Assembly (NCBI RefSeq): GCF_000012285.1
Contig: NC_007181.1
Location: forward strand, 1,380,001-1,412,000
From: Sulfolobus acidocaldarius DSM 639
GTDB taxonomy: Archaea > Thermoproteota > Thermoprotei_A > Sulfolobales > Sulfolobaceae
Direction of reading: 5' to 3'
Length of the DNA stretch: 32,000 nucleotides
In this document: piece after piece, positions 23,358 to 31,865 of the stretch
Layout: each line of letters begins with the position of its first letter
Position numbering within the stretch: position 1 is the first letter of the stretch
Program-made: the position numbers and the translations under genes
The notes under the pieces: generated by a model
The model's input: only the letters and a program-made list of their open reading frames with translations
Told to the model about the DNA's origin: nothing
The model's database searches: none

Positions 23358-24770
23358 TTATTCCACTACCCTACGAGATGTCTTACCTTCTCCTAAAATT
23401 GAAAGGATTGCGGCAACTACAACTATAACTGAAGATATTAAAAACGCCAAGTGGAGACCATCGACAAATACTGAACTTACCCCTCCATTCAGCACGTTAG
23501 TTCCCAGAAATATCTCGAAGGCAACATTTCTAGGTATACTGAGTGTAGATACTGTAATTGTGAGCACATAACTCAATATTGTACCGATATTTCCTAAGGT
23601 TCTTGATACACCTGAAACAGCACCATAATATTCTCTAGGAGCGTTAAACATTATTGCAGTTTGGTTTGACGGCCAAAACATACCTGAGCCGACTCCAGTT
23701 ATGAAGGTAATCATTAAGATTATCTCTATGGGCGTTGTAGGTGTTAAAAATAAGTAGTAGGCAATTAAGGACAGAAATGTGAAAATTAGCCCTATTCCAG
23801 CAATTATTCCAGGTTTTCCTCTATCAGCAACTCTGCCCATGATTGGTGCTAAAATACTAGCTACAATATATCCTGGGGACAGTATTATTGATGAGTAAAA
23901 TGGACTATATCCTCTAACACCTTGTAAGTACATGATCAAGAGGAAACTTACCGCTAATGCGCCTAGACCCTGTAAGAAATTTGCGAATACAGAATATGAA
24001 AGCTTCTTCTCTCGGAAGACCCTCATATTCACAATTGGTGCACTGACCTTTCTTTCCACAAGTATAAATGCAGGAATGAGCAATACGCCCACTATGATCA
24101 TTAAGATACTTGATATCGATGCGCCCTCTCCTGCAATTAGCACTGCACCGAAGGAAATTAAAAATAACAGTAAACCCAATACAAGTGAACCTGCAATATC
24201 TAACTTATTCTTTGTCTTGTTAACGTCTTTTATCTCTCTGAAGCCTAGGATTACAGCAATTATTCCTATAGGTACATTAATGTAAAATATGTATCTCCAT
24301 CCTAGAAAAGTAGTCAGCACGCCTCCTAAAATTATTCCCAAAAGTGCACCTACATTCCATCCTAAACTGGTCAACCCATATGCACCACCCCTTCTGTTAG
24401 GTGGAAGGATATCTGCAACTATTGCCCCACTGTTTGACGCAAGCATCGCACCTCCAGCTGCCTGTAGTATTCTGAAACCTATGAGAAATTCTATATTAGG
24501 TGAAATTCCACATAATCCAGAGGCTAAAGTGAAAAGTAGGAACCCCATGTTATAAATTCTGGATCTTCCTACTATGTCTCCGATTCTACCAGCCTGCGTT
24601 GATAGTATAGCTAATACCAGTAAGTAAGCTAGTAGAACCCATATTGACGTGTAGAGGTCTGTATGTAGATCGGTTGTGATTGTGGGTAGAGCTAGTAATA
24701 CTATAGTGGTGTCTACTGCTGCCATCAGAGTTCCAAGCATTAGGACAAAGATAATTGTACCAATTTTCAT
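23358..24770 (-). CDS. MFS transporter, DHA2/EmrB-like (about 14 TM segments)
   Basis: 470 aa and highly hydrophobic. MFS motif A is GRIGDIVGRSRIY, with a second-half motif MGRVADRGK. Confidence 0.9.
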   Translation of the reverse strand: MKIGTIIFVLMLGTLMAAVDTTIVLLALPTITTDLHTDLYTSIWVLLAYLLVLAILSTQAGRIGDIVGRSRIYNMGFLLFTLASGLCGISPNIEFLIGFRILQAAGGAMLASNSGAIVADILPPNRRGGAYGLTSLGWNVGALLGIILGGVLTTFLGWRYIFYINVPIGIIAVILGFREIKDVNKTKNKLDIAGSLVLGLLLFLISFGAVLIAGEGASISSILMIIVGVLLIPAFILVERKVSAPIVNMRVFREKKLSYSVFANFLQGLGALAVSFLLIMYLQGVRGYSPFYSSIILSPGYIVASILAPIMGRVADRGKPGIIAGIGLIFTFLSLIAYYLFLTPTTPIEIILMITFITGVGSGMFWPSNQTAIMFNAPREYYGAVSGVSRTLGNIGTILSYVLTITVSTLSIPRNVAFEIFLGTNVLNGGVSSVFVDGLHLAFLISSVIVVVAAILSILGEGKTSRRVVE

Positions 24771-25055
24771 AAATTATTTTTGTTCGGTTCCGAATTAAAA
24801 AGTTATGCTCTCTAACTTCATTCAAAAATCCAGGTAAACTGAGACTAGTTTGTATTTAGAGCTTATTAAATGTTTTTCATCCTCAGATAAGCAGGTTAAC
24901 GGTTAGGGTATTCCGTGAGTTTCGCCCTATTATACGGAGGAATAGGTCAAATATCATGTATTTGAATAATTGCTTTGCTCCTACACTTACTACTCAGATA
25001 AGTTAAATTGGGATTAAGAAAAATGGGTTTTCTGTTAAAAACTAATTCTGGCTTT

Positions 25056-26381
25056 TCAATTTATTTCTTCAATTCTTACAAATCTAGTGGTACCCTTTTG
25101 GTCTGGTCTTGCTGCACCTACCACTACAATGTTCCCATTTAATCCTAGGTTTAAAGCAGTCTCTTTTGCCTTTCTTGTAATATCGTCTAATGTCTCCAAT
25201 TTATCCGTTAGTACTGGATAAATGCCGTAACACATTGACAATCTTTTTGCGACGCTCTTGTCGAAGGTTAAGGTTATTATTGGACATGTCGGTCTTAGCC
25301 TAGAGATCCTTAGTGCAGTGGAGCCACTCCTTGTGTACACAAATATTGCGGGCGAGTTTGATAATATAGAGGATACTACAGCAGAGTAAGCTATAGCCTC
25401 GTCTACGTTCTTGTATATGTGGATTCTTTTCGGTTTAAACGTCTTTTCAACACTGATAATTAAACTATCAAGAGTTTTAACCACGTCGAGTGGATACAAT
25501 CCTATAGCCGTTTCATCGCTCAGCATTATCGCATCTACTCCTTGAGATATTGAGTTTGCTACATCAGTTACTTCTGCTCTCGTTGGTAACGGAGATTCTA
25601 CCATTGATTCTAGTACCTGAGTTGCTAAGATAACGGGTTTACCGTAGTTTCTAGCGATCTTCACTATTCTCCTCTGTATCTGTGGTAAACTAGGTAATCC
25701 TACTTCAACCCCTAAATCCCCACGGGCTACCATCACTCCATCAGATGCCTTGCATATCTCCTTCAAATTGGACAAGGCTTTTTTCTTCTCTATCTTTGAT
25801 ATAAGCCAAACCCTATTTCCTACAATCTCTCTTACTTTCTTGACGTCATCTGCGTTTATTACAAAGGAGAGACCTATGAATGTTGCCCCTAAATCTATTG
25901 CGAGCTTTAATAACTCATAATCCCTTTTTGTTAAACCTACAGGTGTATCAGCATCAGGTAAATTGATTCCCTTTCGTGATGTGATTGTACCCCCCTCAAT
26001 AACAGTGGCAACTGCTTTTCCCTCTCCGACTTCCTCAATTTTCAGCTTTATACGACCATCAGCTATTAAGACGTTAGAATCCTTCTTTATTAGTTTAAAG
26101 AAAATTTCATTGTCTACTGGTATATCTTGACCGAATGTGACTTTATCTCCAGGCTTCAGATCTATAGGATTTTTTAAGTCACCAATTCTCAGTTTAGGTC
26201 CAGGTAGGTCGGCAAGAATAGGTACTTTATCCCTTACCATATCAAAGTATCTTCTATGCTGTTCCTCATCTCCATGGGCTAGATTGATTCTAATTATATC
26301 AACTGCTTTAGCGAGTTCATCTATAATCTTCTCACTGTTAGGTCCCATTGTAGCTATTATCTTGGTTTTTCTCCTATACAT
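25056..26381 (-). CDS. pyk: pyruvate kinase
   Basis: 441 aa. The motifs are KTKIIATMGPNS, MVARGDLGVE and ILATQVLESM. Confidence 0.93.
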   Translation of the reverse strand: MYRRKTKIIATMGPNSEKIIDELAKAVDIIRINLAHGDEEQHRRYFDMVRDKVPILADLPGPKLRIGDLKNPIDLKPGDKVTFGQDIPVDNEIFFKLIKKDSNVLIADGRIKLKIEEVGEGKAVATVIEGGTITSRKGINLPDADTPVGLTKRDYELLKLAIDLGATFIGLSFVINADDVKKVREIVGNRVWLISKIEKKKALSNLKEICKASDGVMVARGDLGVEVGLPSLPQIQRRIVKIARNYGKPVILATQVLESMVESPLPTRAEVTDVANSISQGVDAIMLSDETAIGLYPLDVVKTLDSLIISVEKTFKPKRIHIYKNVDEAIAYSAVVSSILSNSPAIFVYTRSGSTALRISRLRPTCPIITLTFDKSVAKRLSMCYGIYPVLTDKLETLDDITRKAKETALNLGLNGNIVVVGAARPDQKGTTRFVRIEEIN

Positions 26382-26853
26382 ACCTCGTTATCCCTTGTTT
26401 TCCTTCATCCGCTACACCAAATTTATTATTAATTCTGTTTATCACCAGCATACCTGCATTCCTGACAACGTAATAAGCACTTAATAGCTCATTTGGTGTC
26501 ATGCCATCTGCAAATATAATTCTTATGATCTGTATTGCGTCTGGTACATCTGTGCCTGGTGGTAGAAAGGCAAAATCTACACCCATCTTAAGAAGATCCT
26601 CTGCTAGGTTGTTAAGGAATTCTTTTCTTTCCTCTAATTTCAAGCCTCCAATAGCTTTCTTGTGAACAGGATGGATTGCGACGCCCATAGTTATCAGATA
26701 GAACCTAGATTTATCTGTAAGACGTATTATGTCAACTACCGGGAAACCTTGGGGCGGAGTGGTTACAATGTGAAACTTCTCTTGTGCCTGTGGTGGTCTA
26801 CTAACATTTAATCCTAACTCTTTCATCACATCTTCTATTTCTTTATCATTCAT
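26374..26853 (-). CDS. conserved archaeal hypothetical protein (possibly DUF2299-like)
   Basis: 159 aa with good coding composition. An 8-nt overlap links it to the downstream pyk. The family name is from memory only. Confidence 0.5.
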   Translation of the reverse strand: MNDKEIEDVMKELGLNVSRPPQAQEKFHIVTTPPQGFPVVDIIRLTDKSRFYLITMGVAIHPVHKKAIGGLKLEERKEFLNNLAEDLLKMGVDFAFLPPGTDVPDAIQIIRIIFADGMTPNELLSAYYVVRNAGMLVINRINNKFGVADEGKQGITRYV

Positions 26854-26897
26854 AGTGGTTTAGTAAACTCTCGTAAGATATTAGACTTTCGCTCAAG

Positions 26898-27245
26898 TTA
26901 TCCTAATCTAGCTATGTGGAAGAAAATGTAATTCATGAAAATTGCATAAAACGATAAGTATACGATGGTTAAAATCAGAGATCTCATCCAGGTAATCGAG
27001 AATGCTCCCCTATAGACTAAGACTAATAGTGGAATTACAAGAAGGAAAATATAATCTAACGTAGAAAACAGTGACATAAATAGTAAGCTGAACAAGGATG
27101 CTATAAGGGATTTCTTGAGGTCAAGTCTCTTTGAAATAACCCCGTAAGAAATTGTGAGTACGAGGAAAGAGAGAAGGAAAAGCGTTACATACTCTATTAA
27201 AAATAGTTCGATGAAATCCATCCCAAAGATTTTTGAGCAATTCAA
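26898..27245 (-). CDS. small hypothetical membrane protein
   Basis: 115 aa with 3-4 hydrophobic helices. I recognise no family. Confidence 0.4.
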   Translation of the reverse strand: MNCSKIFGMDFIELFLIEYVTLFLLSFLVLTISYGVISKRLDLKKSLIASLFSLLFMSLFSTLDYIFLLVIPLLVLVYRGAFSITWMRSLILTIVYLSFYAIFMNYIFFHIARLG

Positions 27246-27296
27246 GCTAATATACTTTTAGAGAAAAAATTCCATTTTTTAAATGATTTTTAATTA

Positions 27297-27878
27297 TTAG
27301 TCCTTAACCCCTATATATAGCCCGTTATTAGGAATTATAGAATTTTGTCTGAAATTAATATATTTTAAGGTCCTAAAACCCTCCTTCTCTACTACTTTCT
27401 TTATCTCACCTGGCAAGTACAATCTATAGAATCTGTAGACCTCTTTTCCATTAATAACAGATCTTATAGTGACTCTTCTTCTAAAAAGAAACCTCGGTTG
27501 AACTAGCCACACAGTGAGAAGTATGTTGCCGTGTTTCTTCAGGACACGATAAGCCTCTTTTAAGGAATTATCGGGAGTTTCTAAATGATGTATCGATGCT
27601 ATAAATACTGCTCCGTCTAGGCAACTGTCTCTTAAGGGTAGGTACTCCATGTCTGCTTCCAAAAGGTGTTCACACCCCTTTTTTCTAGCTTCATAAAGCT
27701 GTTTACGGGAGAAATCTATACAGAGTCTTACCTTTGCCTTCAAAATCATACAGTTTTGCCCTGAACCACAACCTATATCAGCTATCACTCTTCCCTCTAT
27801 TAATTGTACAAACTTCAGCGGTTTTCTCCTATGTACAATATAGTTATAAGCCTCTCTAGTAAGTTCTTTCTCGTCCAC
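27297..27878 (-). CDS. class I SAM-dependent methyltransferase, Trm9/ALKBH8-MT-like
   Basis: SAM motif I is IADIGCGSGQN. IASIHHLETPDNSLKEAYRVLKKHGNILLTVW and the C-terminal YRFYRLYLPGEI parallel yeast Trm9 (ISIAVVHHWSTRERR...RVLKPGGQALIYCW and YRYYHLYREGEL, recalled from memory). A TATA candidate TTTATAAT lies about 25 nt upstream. Confidence 0.75.
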   Translation of the reverse strand: MDEKELTREAYNYIVHRRKPLKFVQLIEGRVIADIGCGSGQNCMILKAKVRLCIDFSRKQLYEARKKGCEHLLEADMEYLPLRDSCLDGAVFIASIHHLETPDNSLKEAYRVLKKHGNILLTVWLVQPRFLFRRRVTIRSVINGKEVYRFYRLYLPGEIKKVVEKEGFRTLKYINFRQNSIIPNNGLYIGVKD

Positions 27879-27916
27879 TGTTAAACTTTTGAGTTATGAT
27901 TATAAATTAGTTATTT

Positions 27917-28123
27917 GTGAAGGTAACAGTTGAGCTGGTTAGAGAAAATAAGATTATTGAGGTCGAATTGCCAGAAAGGGCAAGGGTAAGAGATTTGTTG
28001 AAAAAAATAGGTTACAGAGTCCAGGGTAGTGTTGTTGTTAAGAACTCATTACCGATAATTGAAGATGAAGAGTTGAAAGATGGTGACAAGCTGAGAGTAT
28101 TCTTGGCAGCTTCTGGTGGATAG
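27917..28123 (+). CDS. ThiS/MoaD/Urm1-like beta-grasp sulfur-carrier/ubiquitin-like protein ending in Gly-Gly
   Basis: 68 aa with a GTG start. It reads MKVTVEL...GDKLRVFLAASGG and stops immediately after the GG. Size and pattern fit the ThiS/MoaD superfamily. Confidence 0.7.
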   Translation: MKVTVELVRENKIIEVELPERARVRDLLKKIGYRVQGSVVVKNSLPIIEDEELKDGDKLRVFLAASGG

Positions 28124-28796
28124 ATTGGAGTACAAGGAAATTAATGAAATTATAAGACATAAGGACGAAATCCTGTCAGATCTTAAAAGTAAGGATAGAG
28201 AGAAGAGAAAAATAGCTTGGGACAAAATAAAGTCCCTCGTAGATACAGGAAATGTCAAAGTTCTTGAAGGCAAAAAGAATTACCTTAGGTCTCTATTGTG
28301 GAATAGAATTCAGGGAGTTAGGGAAGACGCGTGGTCTCACCTAGATATTTACAAGGAACTATCAGTTGAAGGTATTGAGAGAGGGCTAAGAGCGAACTCA
28401 GATAGAATAAAGTGGACTGCTTGGTCACATATTTTCGAGTTAATGGATATGGGAATTATAACTAGGAAAAAAGTGATTGAGGATAAGTACTCTTTTTGGA
28501 GATTATTGAGGAGTAGATGGTCGACCATTAGGAAAAAAGCATGGAGATTATTTGTTGACTTAGTTAAAGCTAGAATTTTTGACAGAAGAGATGTTGGTAG
28601 ATATGTAGAGTTTTTAAGACATAACAAACCAAGTGTAAGGATATATGCTTGGGAGGTAGCATTACAGTTATTAAACCTGGGTTTTATTGACGCGAATACG
28701 CTTAAATCTAATCAGATATATCTTGAAGATTTAACAAAAATAGAAAGTAGGATTAAAAAAAGAGCTTTAAGAATTTTATTAAGGTTGAAAAGTTGA
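28116..28796 (+). CDS. HEAT/ARM-like alpha-helical repeat protein, hypothetical
   Basis: 226 aa with six degenerate repeats of about 29-40 aa built on R-x-x-A-W-x-x-L/F (RKIAWDKI, REDAWSHL, KWTAWSHI, RKKAWRLF, RIYAWEVA, KKRALRIL). Its GTG start overlaps the GG-stop of the preceding gene by 8 nt. Confidence 0.6.
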   Translation: MDRLEYKEINEIIRHKDEILSDLKSKDREKRKIAWDKIKSLVDTGNVKVLEGKKNYLRSLLWNRIQGVREDAWSHLDIYKELSVEGIERGLRANSDRIKWTAWSHIFELMDMGIITRKKVIEDKYSFWRLLRSRWSTIRKKAWRLFVDLVKARIFDRRDVGRYVEFLRHNKPSVRIYAWEVALQLLNLGFIDANTLKSNQIYLEDLTKIESRIKKRALRILLRLKS

Positions 28797-29896
28797 AGGT
28801 TGCCATAATCGGTGGGGGTATAGTAGGCTCGTTCATAGCCTATTACTTAAGTAGAGAGGGAGTAGATGTTACAATTTATGAAAAATCGAGCCTCGGTAGT
28901 GGGTCAGTACACGCTGCGGGATTAATCGAGCCCTACAGGTTTGATAAGATTAACACAACAGGAATGATAAAAAAGATGTTATCTTATGTGGGTAAGAAAG
29001 TCACTATCGTAAAACAGTTAAACCCAGAGTGGATTAAATCACTTTTATCCATTTTAAATAAAGAGCCACCACAGGAGGCATGGGACATAATTAGGCGTAT
29101 GGCTACATTTTCTCTCAAGGAGTACAAGAGAATGGCAGAGGAGGTAAATGACTTTGATTATGAGGAGAACGGTTTATTGGAAATTTATCAAGATAGGTTA
29201 AATCTAGAGCATGGCGTAGAAGAGGAAAAGCGTAATCCGTTTAATCCGAAATTTGAGGTTATAGACGTCAAGGGATTTTCTGGTGCTATATATTTTCCTG
29301 AGTTATCCAAGTTGAACACTTACAAGTTTATGGAGAGGATGAAAAGGGAACTTAAAGGAGTTAAGATCGAAATTAGAGAGATAGTTAACCTAGACGAAAT
29401 TTCAAAGGGCTATGATACTGTAGTACTTTCTGCTGGTGTCTGGTTAAGTAAACTGGGTATGCCTATAACATCTTTCAAAGGTTATGGTTATAGGGTTTCA
29501 GGAGAGATGTTAGTGAAGTATCCCAGTGTTATATCAGAGCTCGGTGTAGCGGTGGTTAAGAATTCAGATCACATAAAGATTACTGGAGGGTTCGATGCAG
29601 ACTTTAGTGCTGATGTGGAGAGAGCTAAAATATTCTTGGATGCTGGGGGTTGTTTAGCTAAAATTGATAAAGTCTACGACCTATCTATGGGATACAGACC
29701 ATGTTCCCCAGATGGTTTTCCAATAATAGGTAGAGTGGGACAGTTTGTTATTTCCACCGGAGCCTGTAGGTTAGGTTGGAGTTTTGGTCCATCTATGGGA
29801 AAATTTACCGCTGATCTCGTTCTTGATAGGGTAAAATCTTATGGCTATTTGTCACGTCTTTTAAATGGAAGAAATTTAAGTGTGCCAAAATTATAG
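28793..29896 (+). CDS. FAD-dependent oxidoreductase, DAO family (glycine/D-amino-acid oxidase, ThiO or MnmC-C-domain-like)
   Basis: 367 aa. The N-terminal dinucleotide-binding motif is KVAIIGGGIVGSFIAYYL...YEK, and the C-terminal region reads GYRPCSPDGFPIIG. Its TTG start at 28793 overlaps the upstream stop by 4 nt. Confidence 0.85.
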   Translation: MKVAIIGGGIVGSFIAYYLSREGVDVTIYEKSSLGSGSVHAAGLIEPYRFDKINTTGMIKKMLSYVGKKVTIVKQLNPEWIKSLLSILNKEPPQEAWDIIRRMATFSLKEYKRMAEEVNDFDYEENGLLEIYQDRLNLEHGVEEEKRNPFNPKFEVIDVKGFSGAIYFPELSKLNTYKFMERMKRELKGVKIEIREIVNLDEISKGYDTVVLSAGVWLSKLGMPITSFKGYGYRVSGEMLVKYPSVISELGVAVVKNSDHIKITGGFDADFSADVERAKIFLDAGGCLAKIDKVYDLSMGYRPCSPDGFPIIGRVGQFVISTGACRLGWSFGPSMGKFTADLVLDRVKSYGYLSRLLNGRNLSVPKL

Positions 29897-29902
29897 TATA
29901 TT

Positions 29903-30424
29903 ATGACAACCATTAAGGCTGATACCCTAAAGAAATTAATGGATGCTAAGAAACTTTTATCTGATGGGATTATAGAAGAAGGTGATAAGATCATAAAGGA
30001 GCTAGCGAAGTCCTCTCCCAGAGATGAATATAATTGGTTTATATGCAACATAGTTGACACAATTAGTTGCGATACTCTGTTTGTAGTTTTGGAGGACATA
30101 GGGTCAAATTTTGATCTCTCCAAATGCCAAAATCTCAGGACTATCATAAATTGCGGTATTAAGTTAAACATAAACAGCAAATACTTTGATATGGCACTAG
30201 ACTATTTAACTGCTCAAGGTAAGAAAGAGCAACTGGAAGATATCTCTAAAAACCTATTCAAATTGAATGAGCAACCTAAACCTGAGATCGTCATAAAGAT
30301 AGCAAATGCTTTGAAGAAAATAGGTAGTACAAGGGAGGCTAACGATCTGATGAATGAGGCATGTAAAAGGGGAATTAAGGACGCCTGTGCAAGTGTGGTA
30401 GTGGGAACCACAAAGTGGACATGA
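29903..30424 (+). CDS. hypothetical helical protein
   Basis: 173 aa starting 6 nt after the oxidoreductase stop. It is predicted helical by composition, and I recognise no family. Confidence 0.45.
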   Translation: MTTIKADTLKKLMDAKKLLSDGIIEEGDKIIKELAKSSPRDEYNWFICNIVDTISCDTLFVVLEDIGSNFDLSKCQNLRTIINCGIKLNINSKYFDMALDYLTAQGKKEQLEDISKNLFKLNEQPKPEIVIKIANALKKIGSTREANDLMNEACKRGIKDACASVVVGTTKWT

Positions 30425-30428
30425 ATTT

Positions 30429-31865
30429 TTATTTCTTTACTACGACAGCGTCAGTTAAACCCCTCCACATTAACTTATAACCTAAGTAATCTATTACGTC
30501 AACAATGTAATCCCCATATTCCTTTTTTAGGTCTGATAACTTCCTTCCCTCTAGTTGATAGCTCTTTATCTTGTTTATTAAATCCTCTTTTACGTAGTAA
30601 TTTTTTAAGAGGATATAACCTGGGAAGTTTTTCAGATTCTTCCTCAAATGCTCCAGCGGAAGGGAGAGCCTATTGGCTATCTCACTTACACTTACTACGT
30701 CACCCTCTATGGTATAGTCTATGTTATTCGGCAAGCTTTGTAGAAATTGTCTCTCATAATCTCTTAACCATTTGTACACTTTCATTACATCTATTTTTTT
30801 CTTGTATAGAATAATATTGGGAAGATCAATTTTACCATCAATTGAGAGCTCCTCATTTACCAGTAAAAGTAAAGGATTCTCGACGTCACTGACTTTCTCC
30901 AGTTTATTTTGAAGATACTTCTTAGTCCAAAATCCTACTATCTCTATGTAGACCTTTAACTTTCCCTTCTCAGCCACGAAATCAGGTAAGAAAATCTTAT
31001 CCTTCACCACCAATGGTTCAGGTTCTCTAGTTATTTTCCAGTCCTTAAGTATACTAGTGAAGTCGTTGTAAAATTTTTCTTCAATACTACTATCGAATTT
31101 CTTCTCATCTATTTTAATCTCGCGGAGATTCTTCAGATTACTGGCTTCTAGCTTATATATCCTCTTCTTTAATTTACCTAACACTATTTCAGCTCTTATA
31201 CTCCAATCTGGTGAAGAGACCACATATGGTAGTAGAACAGCAAAGTTCCTGCCGTACTTTTCATTCATTTTAACTAAAGTTGCAGGTCCAATAAATTCCA
31301 GTTCCAATGGTTCCTTGTATGCATAATACATTAGACCTAGTAGTTTTGCTCTCCATATGATTTCCTTCCAATTTGAAGATACTCTAATTGATAATCTGTA
31401 TCCCTTGAATAGAAGAGTTTGTAATAAGGAGAGGTTGTACCATTTTATTAGCTCATCTGCTGAGATATTTGGTTTCTCTATTATCCTCTTCTCCTCATCA
31501 AGGTCTGAAAACATGTATCTAATTGGTTCTATGTTATACTTTTTCTTAATCTCCTCAATTACGTCTTCCTTTACCTTCTTATCAAAGACTGGTCCTCTAC
31601 TGAATAATTCTCTCCTCAATATTGAAGGGTCAATCGGCGAGTCTTCCTCTAGACTTGTAACTCTAATTATGAGTCTTATAAGCCCCCTTACTAGCTTATA
31701 ATCGTATATTTTTTCCAGATATTTAGCCTGTTCAATTACATTTCCTAACCTTTCTCCCTTTTGGAATAAATCTAATACCTCTTGTGCTATTTCAGAGTTA
31801 TCAATGAATAAAGGAATAATTCTGCTTCCTTGAATTTTAAATCTCGCTAATTCCCACGGTAACAC
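30429..31865 (-). CDS. bax1: DUF790-family endonuclease (Bax1-like, XPB-associated nuclease)
   Basis: 478 aa with a GTG start. The N-terminus MLPWELARFKIQGSRIIPLF matches the typical DUF790 start. The C-terminal region has a restriction-endonuclease-like segment (LPDFV...YIEIVGFWT). Confidence 0.7.
   Translation of the reverse strand: MLPWELARFKIQGSRIIPLFIDNSEIAQEVLDLFQKGERLGNVIEQAKYLEKIYDYKLVRGLIRLIIRVTSLEEDSPIDPSILRRELFSRGPVFDKKVKEDVIEEIKKKYNIEPIRYMFSDLDEEKRIIEKPNISADELIKWYNLSLLQTLLFKGYRLSIRVSSNWKEIIWRAKLLGLMYYAYKEPLELEFIGPATLVKMNEKYGRNFAVLLPYVVSSPDWSIRAEIVLGKLKKRIYKLEASNLKNLREIKIDEKKFDSSIEEKFYNDFTSILKDWKITREPEPLVVKDKIFLPDFVAEKGKLKVYIEIVGFWTKKYLQNKLEKVSDVENPLLLLVNEELSIDGKIDLPNIILYKKKIDVMKVYKWLRDYERQFLQSLPNNIDYTIEGDVVSVSEIANRLSLPLEHLRKNLKNFPGYILLKNYYVKEDLINKIKSYQLEGRKLSDLKKEYGDYIVDVIDYLGYKLMWRGLTDAVVVKK

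Noticed and set aside
23932-24825. ORFs 23932..24285 and 24289..24555 (plus strand) and 24586..24825 (minus strand, out of frame)
   Set aside because: They overlap the 470-aa MFS transporter gene, either antisense or out of frame. The transporter frame is the one with motif A and a coherent TM pattern.
26137-26484. 115-aa plus-strand ORF spanning the pyk start region
   Set aside because: It is antisense to pyk and the upstream coupled gene, and it has no motifs.
29845-30411. Minus-strand ORFs 29845..30180 (111 aa) and 30214..30411 (65 aa)
   Set aside because: They are antisense to the last gene of the tightly coupled plus-strand operon. The plus-strand frame continues the operon spacing and has more typical composition. 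This is a weaker rejection, because the plus-strand gene itself has no known family.
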